A DNA stretch of 64,000 nucleotides from an uncultured virus (IMG/VR IMGVR_UViG_3300025652_000046) (IMGVR_UViG_3300025652_000046); one strand, 5' to 3'. Shown: positions 18,104 to 27,828, counted from the stretch's first letter. Program-made: numbers and translations. The notes: generated by a model not told the origin, from the letters alone.

Positions 18104-19979
18104 ACCAATTGTTACCTATCATACTTTCACCATCCATACAAACCACACCGTACCATTTAGGAGCCTCTCTAAATGCTTCTTTCATAATAGCAGCAGCGCG
18201 TTCCGCATCTTTTTCAGCTACAGCCCATTGCATCTCATCATGGTAAAAGATTAAAGGACGAGCATCAATGTTTTCTTCTTTAAACTTATCCATCGTATAG
18301 GCTACAGCAGCTTTACAGGTAATACCTTCAGCAGACTGCAACAAGTAGTTCAAAGCTTTATGTCCTGAATCCAGGTATACACGTCTACCGTCAAGGGCAG
18401 GTATACTTGCTCTTCTTTCTCTTGACTCAGATATCTTAACAATCTCCATCAAGCGATCAATCAAGCGTTTTAAACCAGGCGTACCGTCTACAAAGCTTTT
18501 CTTGGCTTTCTTACCTATAGAAGAATCTCGCTTACCTGTAAGTATTAAACCAAGCTTCTCTAAGCCGCCTCCAAACAAGAAAGCGTATAAGAAAGGTTTT
18601 GCATTACCACGAGTACAAGGGAACACTTGTGAAAGAGTATCCGCATTACGTTGGTGTACATCTCCGTCTATTACTTCTCTCGTAAACTCATCGTTTTTAA
18701 GGTAATGACATAGAGCTCTCATCTGGTTACCGCTTGAATCAGAGCCAACTACTTTGTAGCCCTTCTCACAACCAAACAAAGAGCGCATCTCTGTTCCCCA
18801 AGTAGCTTTTGGTGAGGGTACATTAACAACAATCTTATGTCTAGATCGACCAGTAGGGGTAGCTATGGTAAACATATCACCTCTCAGACGACCATCAGGG
18901 TCTGTGTGAGTAATCCAGCCTTGTATGATACCTAGTCTGCTGCGGGTAGTATAGAACCTGTTGATTAACTCTCCAGTTTCTCCTAATGCATTTAGTGATT
19001 CATCACAGAGCTTAGGGGACTTCTTTCTAAACTCCCGACCAACACGTTCCCAGTTCCAATCCAGTGGTTCCCACCCGATACTGTACAGGTACTCCTTAAC
19101 ATAATCCATAGAGCCTAAATCAGGGTCTAAGAATTTAACTCTCTGATAAGGACCATCTAGAGGTTTAGAGGTTTTACCAAGTTCTTGGTCTATTTCAAAG
19201 TGGTGTATAGTACGAGCCATGTAAGCCCCGTCTTTACGGTACTCGGGTAAACGGGGTTCAGCATCTAATATCTTCACCCTTACTTTCATCTTAGGTTCAA
19301 CTGTGTTTCTAATCTTTTCAAGTTCCTCTTTCATTTTCTGTTCTAAATCCAAAGCAGACACCATATCAAACTGCCAACCACCTTCTACACACTGTGCTTG
19401 GAATTCAGAAAGCTGATGTTCAACCCTTAGACTTTTCTTCATGTATTCAGGATTCTTAGAGCGTGAGAGTGCCTCTGTTAGCTCTCTTGCTAATAGACGG
19501 TACACCTTTACGTTAATACGAACATCTTCACGACAACGATGTACCATTTCTTCACTAAAGTTTAACCAATCAGTATGTTCTGGTTTTTTAACTCCTAAGT
19601 ACTCACCCCATACAGCAAGATTATGCTTTCCATCAAAGCGATTATAATCCAGTATTTGAGACATCAATAAAGTGTCCCTTACAACAGTGGTTGCCTTTGG
19701 TATCCACTTACATATCTTTTTTAGCACAGGTAAATCATACTGTATCTGGTTGTGAGCGATTAGCTCTTTTGCCTTATTAAACAAAACCTTAAAGTCCAGA
19801 AAAGGTCTCACTATAAGTTTTGCGGCGTGATTAGTTTTCAATTCAGTGTAATCACAAAACACATACTCCATATCTGTTACAATATCATTGGCTACTACCA
19901 TCCAAACCGTATCTACGGGATCGCTCTTCTTATTGCCTCGAAGTAACCCGTTCGATTCAATGTCATATACTAGTTTCAT
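18090..19979 (-). CDS. Family A DNA polymerase with 3'-5' exonuclease
   Basis: ExoI YDIES, ExoII HN...YD, ExoIII C..DV; TGR..H, motif A DSSGNQMR, motif B R.NAKPFLYAFLFG, LNYLLQS, motif C HDE. Confidence 0.96.
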   Translation of the reverse strand: MKLVYDIESNGLLRGNKKSDPVDTVWMVVANDIVTDMEYVFCDYTELKTNHAAKLIVRPFLDFKVLFNKAKELIAHNQIQYDLPVLKKICKWIPKATTVVRDTLLMSQILDYNRFDGKHNLAVWGEYLGVKKPEHTDWLNFSEEMVHRCREDVRINVKVYRLLARELTEALSRSKNPEYMKKSLRVEHQLSEFQAQCVEGGWQFDMVSALDLEQKMKEELEKIRNTVEPKMKVRVKILDAEPRLPEYRKDGAYMARTIHHFEIDQELGKTSKPLDGPYQRVKFLDPDLGSMDYVKEYLYSIGWEPLDWNWERVGREFRKKSPKLCDESLNALGETGELINRFYTTRSRLGIIQGWITHTDPDGRLRGDMFTIATPTGRSRHKIVVNVPSPKATWGTEMRSLFGCEKGYKVVGSDSSGNQMRALCHYLKNDEFTREVIDGDVHQRNADTLSQVFPCTRGNAKPFLYAFLFGGGLEKLGLILTGKRDSSIGKKAKKSFVDGTPGLKRLIDRLMEIVKISESRERRASIPALDGRRVYLDSGHKALNYLLQSAEGITCKAAVAYTMDKFKEENIDARPLIFYHDEMQWAVAEKDAERAAAIMKEAFREAPKWYGVVCMDGESMIGNNWFDTH

Positions 19980-20653
19980 CCGAAACCAACCTGAGAAACA
20001 GCTGTCCTCCAAGTGGAGGTCTTCTCAACTTCTCTGACTAAAACACGTTTTGTTTTGTCATCAATCTCAAATGTTGGGAACCTCTTAACTATCTTATTTA
20101 CATAACGGTTGTTGAATTTGTCAGGGGGATGGAACTCAAATCTAATTTCTTTATCAACTACTGAATCGAGAAAGGGTTTAGAATAAACAGGTCCGTATTC
20201 CGCTGTCTGCCACGTCATACTTAGCGAACAACAAAATACTTCATTGATGTACGTAAGCGGATCCATCTTTAACACAATAATTTGCATAGGGTGGTTACTG
20301 TAGTTCCCAGAGAGACTAGCTACCGTACCCTCATATACTGAGTGTATTGCACCACCCGCGTAGCCACCACTCATAGCGTCCTCAGGTTCCATTTGCTTAA
20401 AATCGCTTAAACCACTAATACCTTCCAACATAGCTACCATGAACGTTTCATACTCAAAGCCTTCTTGTTCCTGTATATAAAAATCGAAGTCCTGTCCAGG
20501 GTTCTCAAAATAGTGGTCTCTGAGCATTCCTCCTGCTAGGTACGCGGTTTGTCTAAACGTAGAAGATAATCGTTTTAGCGTTTCACTTCCTATATGCTTC
20601 TGTTCGTTTATACGTGGTGTATCTTTACTTACGAATTCAGAATAAATTGACAT
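19976..20653 (-). CDS. Nucleotidyltransferase, poly(A) polymerase/CCA-adding head-domain-like
   Basis: YLAGGMLRD...DFDFY signature. Confidence 0.75.
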   Translation of the reverse strand: MSIYSEFVSKDTPRINEQKHIGSETLKRLSSTFRQTAYLAGGMLRDHYFENPGQDFDFYIQEQEGFEYETFMVAMLEGISGLSDFKQMEPEDAMSGGYAGGAIHSVYEGTVASLSGNYSNHPMQIIVLKMDPLTYINEVFCCSLSMTWQTAEYGPVYSKPFLDSVVDKEIRFEFHPPDKFNNRYVNKIVKRFPTFEIDDKTKRVLVREVEKTSTWRTAVSQVGFG

Positions 20654-20654
20654 A

Positions 20655-21314
20655 TTAATCATTCCCCTCACAATCTACTTTACCTGTTTGTTTAAATTTA
20701 ACTAGGCAGTTGATATACCAACGAGCCTTACGGTACTCTTGTTCTACATCATCTTTCTTACCTGTCCGGAACAAGTACTTATAGATCTGACCTAAGAGAT
20801 GAGCTTCTACCCCTTTTTTGTCAGCTAACATATGCTCCATCATTTCCATATACTGCCAGCCAGGAACTACATCGTTGTAATGTGATCCGCTTACTGCTTC
20901 AGTTATGGCATCAGGAGGGCAGCTACCTAACCCATAAGGGTTATACATGCGCCCGGTGTTAGTTGTGTCTATCTCTGAGCTGCCACAGATATCACTCATT
21001 TTCGAGAGGTATGCTTCAACCTCTTCTTGTTGTTTCAGGTCTGCTTCATCTATCTCTTCAGGATACAAACTTACTCTGGTCATCATACCTATCGCTTGTT
21101 GCTCACGGAAAGCCTCTTCTTCACAACTGCCGTGAGGGGGTCTTCCTATAGCCTCCTCAAACTGTATCAAATCCACACCCGCAACAATCGCACAATGCTC
21201 CATATATACCACATCTTCAAAAGAGTAGGTGTTACAATGGGTTAACGCTTGAACCGCGAGAGAAGGTGTGAACTCGTTTATGTCTGCTATTTTTAAATTT
21301 ACTTTATTGACCAT
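20655..21314 (-). CDS. DUF3310 (T7 gp1.7-related) domain protein with acidic N-terminal extension
   Basis: HY...G, GQIYKYLFR.GKK....EY.KA.WY. Confidence 0.75.
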   Translation of the reverse strand: MVNKVNLKIADINEFTPSLAVQALTHCNTYSFEDVVYMEHCAIVAGVDLIQFEEAIGRPPHGSCEEEAFREQQAIGMMTRVSLYPEEIDEADLKQQEEVEAYLSKMSDICGSSEIDTTNTGRMYNPYGLGSCPPDAITEAVSGSHYNDVVPGWQYMEMMEHMLADKKGVEAHLLGQIYKYLFRTGKKDDVEQEYRKARWYINCLVKFKQTGKVDCEGND

Positions 21315-21342
21315 AATATTCTCCAATATATTTAGTTTATCT

Positions 21343-21633
21343 TTAGTATTTACTATCTTTTTCTGTTCTTTCAAAAATAACGTCTCCGTTCTTCGCAATA
21401 CACTCATCCTCATAAGGTCCCACATATCTACGATAGAATTCAAGGTTAGCACCATTGAGAGCACCCATAACATCATTCATAGTTTGGTAGCGGTAATCGT
21501 TATTCGACATATAGCCTTTAATAACTAACGCGATTAAGTACTGGATTTCTCCTGCACTTTCTGCTGCGTGTCTCTTAAGTACGTGTTCTACATATTCAAA
21601 GCTCTCACGGTCAACCTGTGCAATGTATGGCAT
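21343..21633 (-). CDS. Conserved phage hypothetical protein
   Basis: MPYI..., GE..Y, GAL..A..EFYRR..PYED..I..NGDV pattern. Confidence 0.75.
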   Translation of the reverse strand: MPYIAQVDRESFEYVEHVLKRHAAESAGEIQYLIALVIKGYMSNNDYRYQTMNDVMGALNGANLEFYRRYVGPYEDECIAKNGDVIFERTEKDSKY

Positions 21634-21669
21634 ATTGTATTCTCCTATAGTGTTGGTTTAATTGTATCT

Positions 21670-22041
21670 CTAGTCATCATACTCGTATTCCTTATGTCTT
21701 ATTCTGATAGCCAAGTACTCACTCGCTGGCCCTGGAACCCTAAGGTGTAGAAATTCCTTACCTCTCCATAGTATTGCTACAACATTTCTTCCCCCAGGGT
21801 ACCCTTGGTATCCAAAAGCTTTACCGAATAAGAACCATACCCTCCAAAAGCGAAAGATATTACCTATCACAGAACCTTCGTTGCCATGAGAGTTAGTAAA
21901 GTTCACTACAAAGACATCCTCTATTACTGTACCTTTGGCTCTATTATCCAAGTTCTCAACGTAAGGGATATCCACTCTTTTCCATGGGGCATATTTTACA
22001 TGTTTAACGTGACTCTCATACAGAGTGAAGTACTTATACAT
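21670..22041 (-). CDS. Hypothetical protein
   Basis: GAGG RBS. Confidence 0.6.
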   Translation of the reverse strand: MYKYFTLYESHVKHVKYAPWKRVDIPYVENLDNRAKGTVIEDVFVVNFTNSHGNEGSVIGNIFRFWRVWFLFGKAFGYQGYPGGRNVVAILWRGKEFLHLRVPGPASEYLAIRIRHKEYEYDD

Positions 22042-22054
22042 AACGTGTTCCTCT

Positions 22055-22492
22055 CTATTTCCTTAATAGTTTACTCATTACAAGGACATCCTTGCCTTCA
22101 TCCGACATGTAAAATATGTCTTGTACTATTCTCTCAACCTCATATTCATCTATCAAAGCCAGTACCTCGGGAGGCATTTCGCCGTTTGCTATACTGTCCG
22201 CTACTGTATCATTGGAATGTTCACAGTGCTCCAGACACCACGTTATCTCATCTGCTATTTGCTCAATATTATACAGCTTTATATCCAATATAGCGTTGTA
22301 GCCACCGCAAAGCGACTTGCTAAGTACAAAAGCACCCTCGGTGTCCTGTCTAACTTCGTAGTGAATTTCTGAATCGTAATCACAACTCCAAGAGAAAACA
22401 AAGGTCAGCTTAAGTAGAGCTTGGCATCTGCTATACTCCTCTACCTGAACCCTGCTGTGAGCTGCTAAAAGATTGTCTATTATATTTGACAC
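22055..22492 (-). CDS. Hypothetical protein
   Basis: GTG start with GGGG RBS, same strand as the operon. Confidence 0.6.
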   Translation of the reverse strand: MSNIIDNLLAAHSRVQVEEYSRCQALLKLTFVFSWSCDYDSEIHYEVRQDTEGAFVLSKSLCGGYNAILDIKLYNIEQIADEITWCLEHCEHSNDTVADSIANGEMPPEVLALIDEYEVERIVQDIFYMSDEGKDVLVMSKLLRK

Positions 22493-22501
22493 AGTTAACC
22501 C

Positions 22502-22951
22502 CTAATAGTAAGAACGGACCGCTTCGATTGCTTCCTCAAATGAGAAATGTTTCTCTGTGTACATCGATTCATAAAAGGGATGAATGAAATCTTCTTTATC
22601 AGCCACTAATATAATTATCTTGTTCTTAGTATGGGCAAACATAAGCTCCATACTGGTACCTGTGCCTCTACCGGAAACACGTCTAACATCTGCCAGTACT
22701 ACTCTACTATTTGCGATGTCTTGCATATCTTGCTTAAAGATACGTTGACAGGTGTTTCTGGACTTAGCTTCATCCTGCAAGTCTGCTATCTGGTCGTGGA
22801 AGGACACCCGTCTTGTAGGGTCTAATACTGGTATATTGCTGGCTCCCAACTGTTCGCTAACCTTATCCCTCCATCCCGTCATATGCTCTTTAGAACAATC
22901 TTCCATTGGACCTGCAACATATGTAAAGCCTTTTGTTTCTAAGTTATCCAT
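22502..22951 (-). CDS. Nucleoside 2-deoxyribosyltransferase-like / nucleotide N-hydrolase
   Basis: YVAGPM, WR, LDP.RR, D..DI..S, GTGTSME. Confidence 0.85.
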   Translation of the reverse strand: MDNLETKGFTYVAGPMEDCSKEHMTGWRDKVSEQLGASNIPVLDPTRRVSFHDQIADLQDEAKSRNTCQRIFKQDMQDIANSRVVLADVRRVSGRGTGTSMELMFAHTKNKIIILVADKEDFIHPFYESMYTEKHFSFEEAIEAVRSYY

Positions 22952-22970
22952 AAGTATCCTTAATATTTTA

Positions 22971-23000
22971 ATGGCAGAAAGGATAATCCCTCTCTGCCGT
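22971..23000 (-). terminator. Stem-loop after the SSB gene (terminator or processing site)
   Basis: acggcagagaggg-atta-tcctttctgccat; no strong U tract. Confidence 0.45.
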
Positions 23001-23020
23001 TGTTTCTAACTACTATTGGA

Positions 23021-23515
23021 TTACCAATCAGAGTCGTCTGTGTTTGTGTCAACTGGTACTACTACTTCAGTTTCACCTTCTACATCGAAGGAGAGAGTGT
23101 TGCCACCTTTGTACTCTACAAGTTTAATCACCTGTACTGCTTTTAACGAGAAACCGATACCATCTACACCGTTCATTGTATAAGGATAAGTATCAATTTG
23201 AACGTGGCCTTCAGAGCCGTTACCTAGCGTTGCGCCATCAATAGGCATCAACTGACCATCTACAACTTTAACAGGGTCACGAGGGTCACCTTTGTTAGTA
23301 AATGCTTTACGTTTAAGGTTAACTTGGTAGAATGTACCATCGTTATCTTCTTTTAATGTTGCGTTCATACCTTGGTCTTTCCAGCCTTTAGCTTCGGCTT
23401 TATCACGAGTACGAATCTGTAGTTCCCAATGTGGATATGGAGCGTTGAAAGGGTTTACAGGTTGGTCAAGTTTAGCCCAGAAAAAGTTTGCGTTGCGAAT
23501 TAAGATTGAAGCCAT
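23021..23515 (-). CDS. Single-stranded DNA-binding protein, T7 gp2.5-like
   Basis: P..VD......LGNGS, L.AVQV..LVEY, acidic tail ending in an aromatic (DDSDW). Confidence 0.88.
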   Translation of the reverse strand: MASILIRNANFFWAKLDQPVNPFNAPYPHWELQIRTRDKAEAKGWKDQGMNATLKEDNDGTFYQVNLKRKAFTNKGDPRDPVKVVDGQLMPIDGATLGNGSEGHVQIDTYPYTMNGVDGIGFSLKAVQVIKLVEYKGGNTLSFDVEGETEVVVPVDTNTDDSDW

Positions 23516-23582
23516 GTGTATTTATTCCTTTGGATTTAATTTAAGTTATTTAGCTACATTATTGTAGAAATAAGTTGGATTT

Positions 23583-25853
23583 TTAAGAGAAAGCAAATTC
23601 TGAATTTAGAATTGATTTCAGGTTTAGATTTCCACGTTCAGGCAGAAGATGTAAAGCATTACACTGAGTAAGCAATTGCACCAATGGGTCTGATTCGTAG
23701 AAGCGTACAAATTCCTCACGGGTTATCCGGAAGAGGTCCTCCATGTTACCAGGGTGACTGCCGAAGCTGTCGTGTACCGTAGTTACAATAAAGGGTGATT
23801 CATTCACTATCAATGTCAAGTGTGCGGCATCAAAGGAATGAATAATGTTTGGTGAAGCTCCACGTTTTTGGCCTTGCTTATTTAACGTGTTGAGTTCATC
23901 GGGTTGGATAGTTATACGTATACGCTTCCTCTTACAGAAGTTTAAACGGGGTCTATCCTCTTTAGTGTTGTAATACTGTTGTAGAACCTTGAAGTTGGTT
24001 ATAGGTACTGTCCAACCTAAGTGTTCTTTTCTAGTGTTAAACTCAGTTGCTAATGTCTCAAATAAATTAAGAAGTATAGCGGGTCCTTTCAATTCCTTAA
24101 GCATAACAGACATTACTAAATCTGCGAAAGGGTTTGTCCAGTAGGGTTTATCTTTGAACTTAAGTGGCTCTGAGAGTGTCTGTGTATCCTCAAATATCTG
24201 ATTTCTAACACCAGATATAGTAGCGCCATAACCAAGAGTCATTACGGGTCTCTTGATAGTCTTACGTTGTAGTTTCTTATCCTCAAGGTACATATGCCAG
24301 AAGGGTACAGCAATGTCCACAATCAAGTGTTTATTGTCTGCTCTCCAGGTGTCAAGTCTCTCTCGGAAGTCTTTAAGTTCAGGGGTACCGCCTCTAAGGG
24401 TTTCTCTCTCAAGCTTAAAAGACTTTATCTCTTGTATTAGGCGTTGTAGCTCCTCTTTAACAGGGTGGTCTCCCATCTTTATAAATCGAAGGTCTACTTC
24501 ACCCCATACAGCTTCAGCGATAAACATGTAAACATCACCAGGAAGTTCATTGTCATCACAAAGGTTCACTAATGGTGCAATCTGCTCATCCAGAGACAAA
24601 GCAGTTAGATGCTGTACACCATTGTTAGTACCATCGATGAATATAGGTATGTCACAGTTGTACTCTTCTCTAGGGTGACCTCCAATGATATGCCACTCTT
24701 CTAGCTTCTGGAACTCCATAGCGGCAGCAAGGGTTGACCATGGTTTGTCAGCTTGCATCCACCCAGTGTTCTCAAGTGGTCTCTTTGCCCATCCCATGAT
24801 GTCATCCATGTTGTCTACTACGTATTGTGCTCTACCGTTAAGAGGTAATTTGTCTTCTCCAATCGAGTTAGCCAAGTGTACAGCAAGCCAGAATTCACCA
24901 TTGTCTCCTAAGGGGGCACTATCTCTATATCTCAGTAAACCCTTGGCATTATCTGAGCTCTGTTCGTTAAGAAACGGAGTCAAAGGGTATATACGACCTC
25001 TGAAATCACAGTTGTATCCGTGGTAGAACGTTCTATCTCCAATACGGTCACAGAGGGACTTAATGAAGTTAGCTTCCAAGAACATACCTATCCTGCTTTC
25101 TCTTCGTGTTTCTTTGTCGTGTTTAAAGGGTGATTCTTTAGGGGGCACAAATTCATTTGAGAATAGAAGTTCTCTATCGCTCCTGGCGAATAGTTCTTCG
25201 TACACTCCAAATATCCTTGGACTTATTAAGAATCCTGTTCTTTGAAGTTTGTTTAATGCATCGTATATCCTGGGGGCTGAATCAGGAGTCATCGATTTCA
25301 GTATGTGGTTAGGTGCTTTTCTTACCATGGGGGCTTTTATAACATCATGGAAAGCAGAGGTCCAATCACCAGCAGGTTCAAGTAATGGGAAATCAGGGCT
25401 GAACTCCAAATCAGAAGATTCAATCAATTCTGCCAGTAAGTCTTGGTCTACACAACGTACCTCATAGACCGTGGTGCTATCCACTACGACCTTTCCTAAA
25501 TCTAGTAGCTTAAGTTTACTGTCAGGTTTATCTGTATTACAATAAGCCTCTAAAACTTTCATACCCATGAAGAGGTTGCTCTTAGTTTCTTTCTCAACGG
25601 CAGGAGCGTCCAGGTGTATCCTGACAAGCTTACCTATGCGTATTGCTACGTTTGCTACTGGCATCTCTTGCATTGCTGCTACTAGTACCTTCCCAAAAGT
25701 TAGGAGATAAATCTTCTCAGCGAGGACTTTTAGTTCTTCCTCATTGCTGAAGTGTTCAGACAACCAATTAATATAGGTTTGCCTTGAATCACTGGCAGAG
25801 CGCAATCGTTCAGATATGCTATCAATCACCAGCTGTCTTGTGGTTTCTTTCAT
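23583..25853 (-). CDS. Single-subunit T7-type DNA-directed RNA polymerase (stand-alone)
   Basis: DFRGRIY, motif A DGTNNGVQH, DVY, motif B R.TIKRPVMTLGYG, PNIIHSFDA, motif C VHDSF. Confidence 0.96.
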   Translation of the reverse strand: MKETTRQLVIDSISERLRSASDSRQTYINWLSEHFSNEEELKVLAEKIYLLTFGKVLVAAMQEMPVANVAIRIGKLVRIHLDAPAVEKETKSNLFMGMKVLEAYCNTDKPDSKLKLLDLGKVVVDSTTVYEVRCVDQDLLAELIESSDLEFSPDFPLLEPAGDWTSAFHDVIKAPMVRKAPNHILKSMTPDSAPRIYDALNKLQRTGFLISPRIFGVYEELFARSDRELLFSNEFVPPKESPFKHDKETRRESRIGMFLEANFIKSLCDRIGDRTFYHGYNCDFRGRIYPLTPFLNEQSSDNAKGLLRYRDSAPLGDNGEFWLAVHLANSIGEDKLPLNGRAQYVVDNMDDIMGWAKRPLENTGWMQADKPWSTLAAAMEFQKLEEWHIIGGHPREEYNCDIPIFIDGTNNGVQHLTALSLDEQIAPLVNLCDDNELPGDVYMFIAEAVWGEVDLRFIKMGDHPVKEELQRLIQEIKSFKLERETLRGGTPELKDFRERLDTWRADNKHLIVDIAVPFWHMYLEDKKLQRKTIKRPVMTLGYGATISGVRNQIFEDTQTLSEPLKFKDKPYWTNPFADLVMSVMLKELKGPAILLNLFETLATEFNTRKEHLGWTVPITNFKVLQQYYNTKEDRPRLNFCKRKRIRITIQPDELNTLNKQGQKRGASPNIIHSFDAAHLTLIVNESPFIVTTVHDSFGSHPGNMEDLFRITREEFVRFYESDPLVQLLTQCNALHLLPERGNLNLKSILNSEFAFS

Positions 25854-25867
25854 TATATCTTTCTCCT

Positions 25868-26134
25868 CTACGGTTGTTCTACCTGCTTGGCGAGGCGGGA
25901 TATAGTATCGCTGATAGCGCTTGATACTTTATGATGAATCCACGTTTCTACTACTGCTTTATTTAGCTCCCCTTCAACCAAGACGTATGCTTCTCCCTCG
26001 AAGTAGTCTTCAGGGTGGTGTATCATATTATCCGCTAAGAACTTGAACTCCCCTTCAACAATACAACTAATCTTGTCGTAAGCCTTCGGGTTAGCTTCAT
26101 CCAACAGTCGGAGTAGATCTTTCATTTTTTCCAT
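25868..26134 (-). CDS. Hypothetical early protein
   Basis: AAGGAAG RBS before MEKMKD; the longer ORF-track start lies inside the hairpin. Confidence 0.6.
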   Translation of the reverse strand: MEKMKDLLRLLDEANPKAYDKISCIVEGEFKFLADNMIHHPEDYFEGEAYVLVEGELNKAVVETWIHHKVSSAISDTISRLAKQVEQP

Positions 26135-26162
26135 GTTTCTTCCTTTCAAAAAAAAAATAGTA

Positions 26163-26284
26163 TGGTACACCCCGCCCCCTAAACCGACAAGACCATAAAT
26201 TGCTGCTTTAGAGGGCACTATCGTTAGATAGCACTCACTTAGGCAACAATTTATGATCCTGAAGGCTCAGGGGGCGGGGTGTAC
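26163..26284 (-). ncRNA. Long (~120 nt) structured RNA hairpin; candidate ncRNA, processing site or terminator
   Basis: 16-bp perfect inverted repeat 26165-26180/26269-26284 enclosing further stems with several G-U pairs on the minus strand; followed by a U tract. Confidence 0.6.
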
Positions 26285-26302
26285 ATTTACTTTCTTTTCA
26301 TT

Positions 26303-26413
26303 TTAGTAAAAACTAACAATTATGGTAACAAGTGCTGCTACCAGCAAGGCAGCTACAAGGCTACCCAAAATTACACCACCAACAACTGCACATACAAACA
26401 TTACAATATCCAT
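26303..26413 (-). CDS. 36-aa hydrophobic peptide
   Basis: read by hand: MDIVMFVCAVVGGVILGSLVAALLVAALVTIIVSFY; AAGGA RBS. Confidence 0.55.
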   Translation of the reverse strand: MDIVMFVCAVVGGVILGSLVAALLVAALVTIIVSFY

Positions 26414-26416
26414 TAT

Positions 26417-26557
26417 TTAATCCTTTTTAGCAAACTTATGACGAGCAAAGAATACTCGTTTCTTCTGGTCTTTATTTAAACCCGACCACTCAACATCAGT
26501 AAAGGGGTAAAAGGCTTTCTGTTTTAAACTCATAGATTCGAATTGTGCTACAGTCAT
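26417..26557 (-). CDS. Small hypothetical early protein
   Basis: AAGGAG RBS before MTVAQF. Confidence 0.55.
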   Translation of the reverse strand: MTVAQFESMSLKQKAFYPFTDVEWSGLNKDQKKRVFFARHKFAKKD

Positions 26558-26558
26558 A

Positions 26559-26819
26559 TTACTTGTACTCCTTTTTAAATGATTCAATTGCAATACCAAC
26601 AAAGTGTTTTTTGTGCAACGTGTACACAGTATCAATAAAGTTAGGTATATCTCTACCTTGTGCAAGGTCGTAACTTTGTTCTGTAATAGCTAAGAACAAA
26701 CAATATTTCGATTGAAGTTCTACTGCTCTTTCAAGACCATAAACTTCAACAAGTGGATACATGTCAGACGCTGAAAGTTCTAAGCTGTTTACGATTGATA
26801 ATATAGATTGGTTTTTCAT
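26559..26819 (-). CDS. Hypothetical early protein
   Basis: preceded by the conserved leader motif. Confidence 0.65.
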   Translation of the reverse strand: MKNQSILSIVNSLELSASDMYPLVEVYGLERAVELQSKYCLFLAITEQSYDLAQGRDIPNFIDTVYTLHKKHFVGIAIESFKKEYK

Positions 26820-26871
26820 AAGTATATTCCTTAAAGGTTTAGTCTAGGTTATTACGATTATTACGTCTTAT

Positions 26872-27531
26872 TTATTCACAAGCATGTATATGTACGCCAA
26901 AGGTTTTTACTAGGGATTCACAAGTACCACGAGGGTCTTCTTTATCTAGCTGCCCCATGGCGTGTACTATATGCTCAAGGTAGCTCTTTTTACTGTAGTC
27001 CAAAGTACCGTGTTCTGTAATTACATGCTTAAAAAGTTCTGCTTCAACAGATAAAAAGTTTAGTAAGTCATCAAGGTAGTTATCTTTAACTCCTTCTTTT
27101 AAAGCTTCTGTAACCATAACTTTCGTTTCTTGCCATTCAACTTTTAATTCATCCGCAGTGTATCTTCCTTCTTCTACTTCAGCAACTAGAAAATTTGCAA
27201 AGCGAGTAAGGTCAATAATGTAGCCATTGTAGCCATCGTCCACTTCTTGCAAGTCCGCTTGTTTTACTGCATTGTCTACAGCGTTTGCAAAGTCATTAAG
27301 TTCAGCAATGTAGCTCTCATCCATTCCAAAGTCAGTAAGATCAGTAATATAAATACTTTCTGTTTGCACGGAAGGTACTTCTACTGGTTCGCTGGCTTGA
27401 ACACTTCGCGTCCCAATCATAACAAGTATTAAGAGGGCTACTAGTGGAAAGATGTGTACCATTATTTTAAGCGTAAATTCAACTAAAACTAGCAGTGTGT
27501 CTGATAATAAAGATAATATAGATTTTAACAT
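26872..27531 (-). CDS. Acidic membrane-anchored or exported hypothetical protein
   Basis: long hydrophobic N-terminus ending VQA, acidic body. Confidence 0.7.
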   Translation of the reverse strand: MLKSILSLLSDTLLVLVEFTLKIMVHIFPLVALLILVMIGTRSVQASEPVEVPSVQTESIYITDLTDFGMDESYIAELNDFANAVDNAVKQADLQEVDDGYNGYIIDLTRFANFLVAEVEEGRYTADELKVEWQETKVMVTEALKEGVKDNYLDDLLNFLSVEAELFKHVITEHGTLDYSKKSYLEHIVHAMGQLDKEDPRGTCESLVKTFGVHIHACE

Positions 27532-27562
27532 GGGGTATTCCTTAGGGTTTAGTTTAAATAGA

Positions 27563-27703
27563 TTAAAAGGTTCTTTTTACAAGTGCTTCAAGTTTAGGTC
27601 CAAATGTTTTACCAGCTTCAATACTTACGTATAAAGAAACAGCAAGGTAAATTACAGTGTTGAAAGAAAGGTTCATAGATACAAGTTCGATTAAAGAGTT
27701 CAT
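27563..27703 (-). CDS. 46-aa hydrophobic early peptide
   Basis: read by hand, MNSLIELVSMNLSF...; preceded by the conserved leader and repeat promoter. Confidence 0.55.
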   Translation of the reverse strand: MNSLIELVSMNLSFNTVIYLAVSLYVSIEAGKTFGPKLEALVKRTF

Positions 27704-27770
27704 AGTATTTTCCTATAGGGTTTAGTGTTAATAGAGTTGGTATTAGGTTTAGAAGAAGGGGTCTTTATTT

Positions 27771-27806
27771 ATTCTTCCATTATAGATACATCATTTTTCT
27801 CACTTT
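27771..27806 (-). promoter_or_regulatory. 36-bp direct repeat copy 1, candidate early promoter
   Basis: aaagtgagaaaaatgatgtatcTATAATggaagaat, identical to 29905-29940. Confidence 0.7.
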
Positions 27807-27828
27807 CAGGGGTAATATTTAAGCTAAT

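Noticed and set aside
26163..26284. Possible tRNA (ends in ACCA)
   Set aside because: No D-loop or TTC T-loop and it folds as a rod, not a cloverleaf; kept only as an unclassified structured RNA
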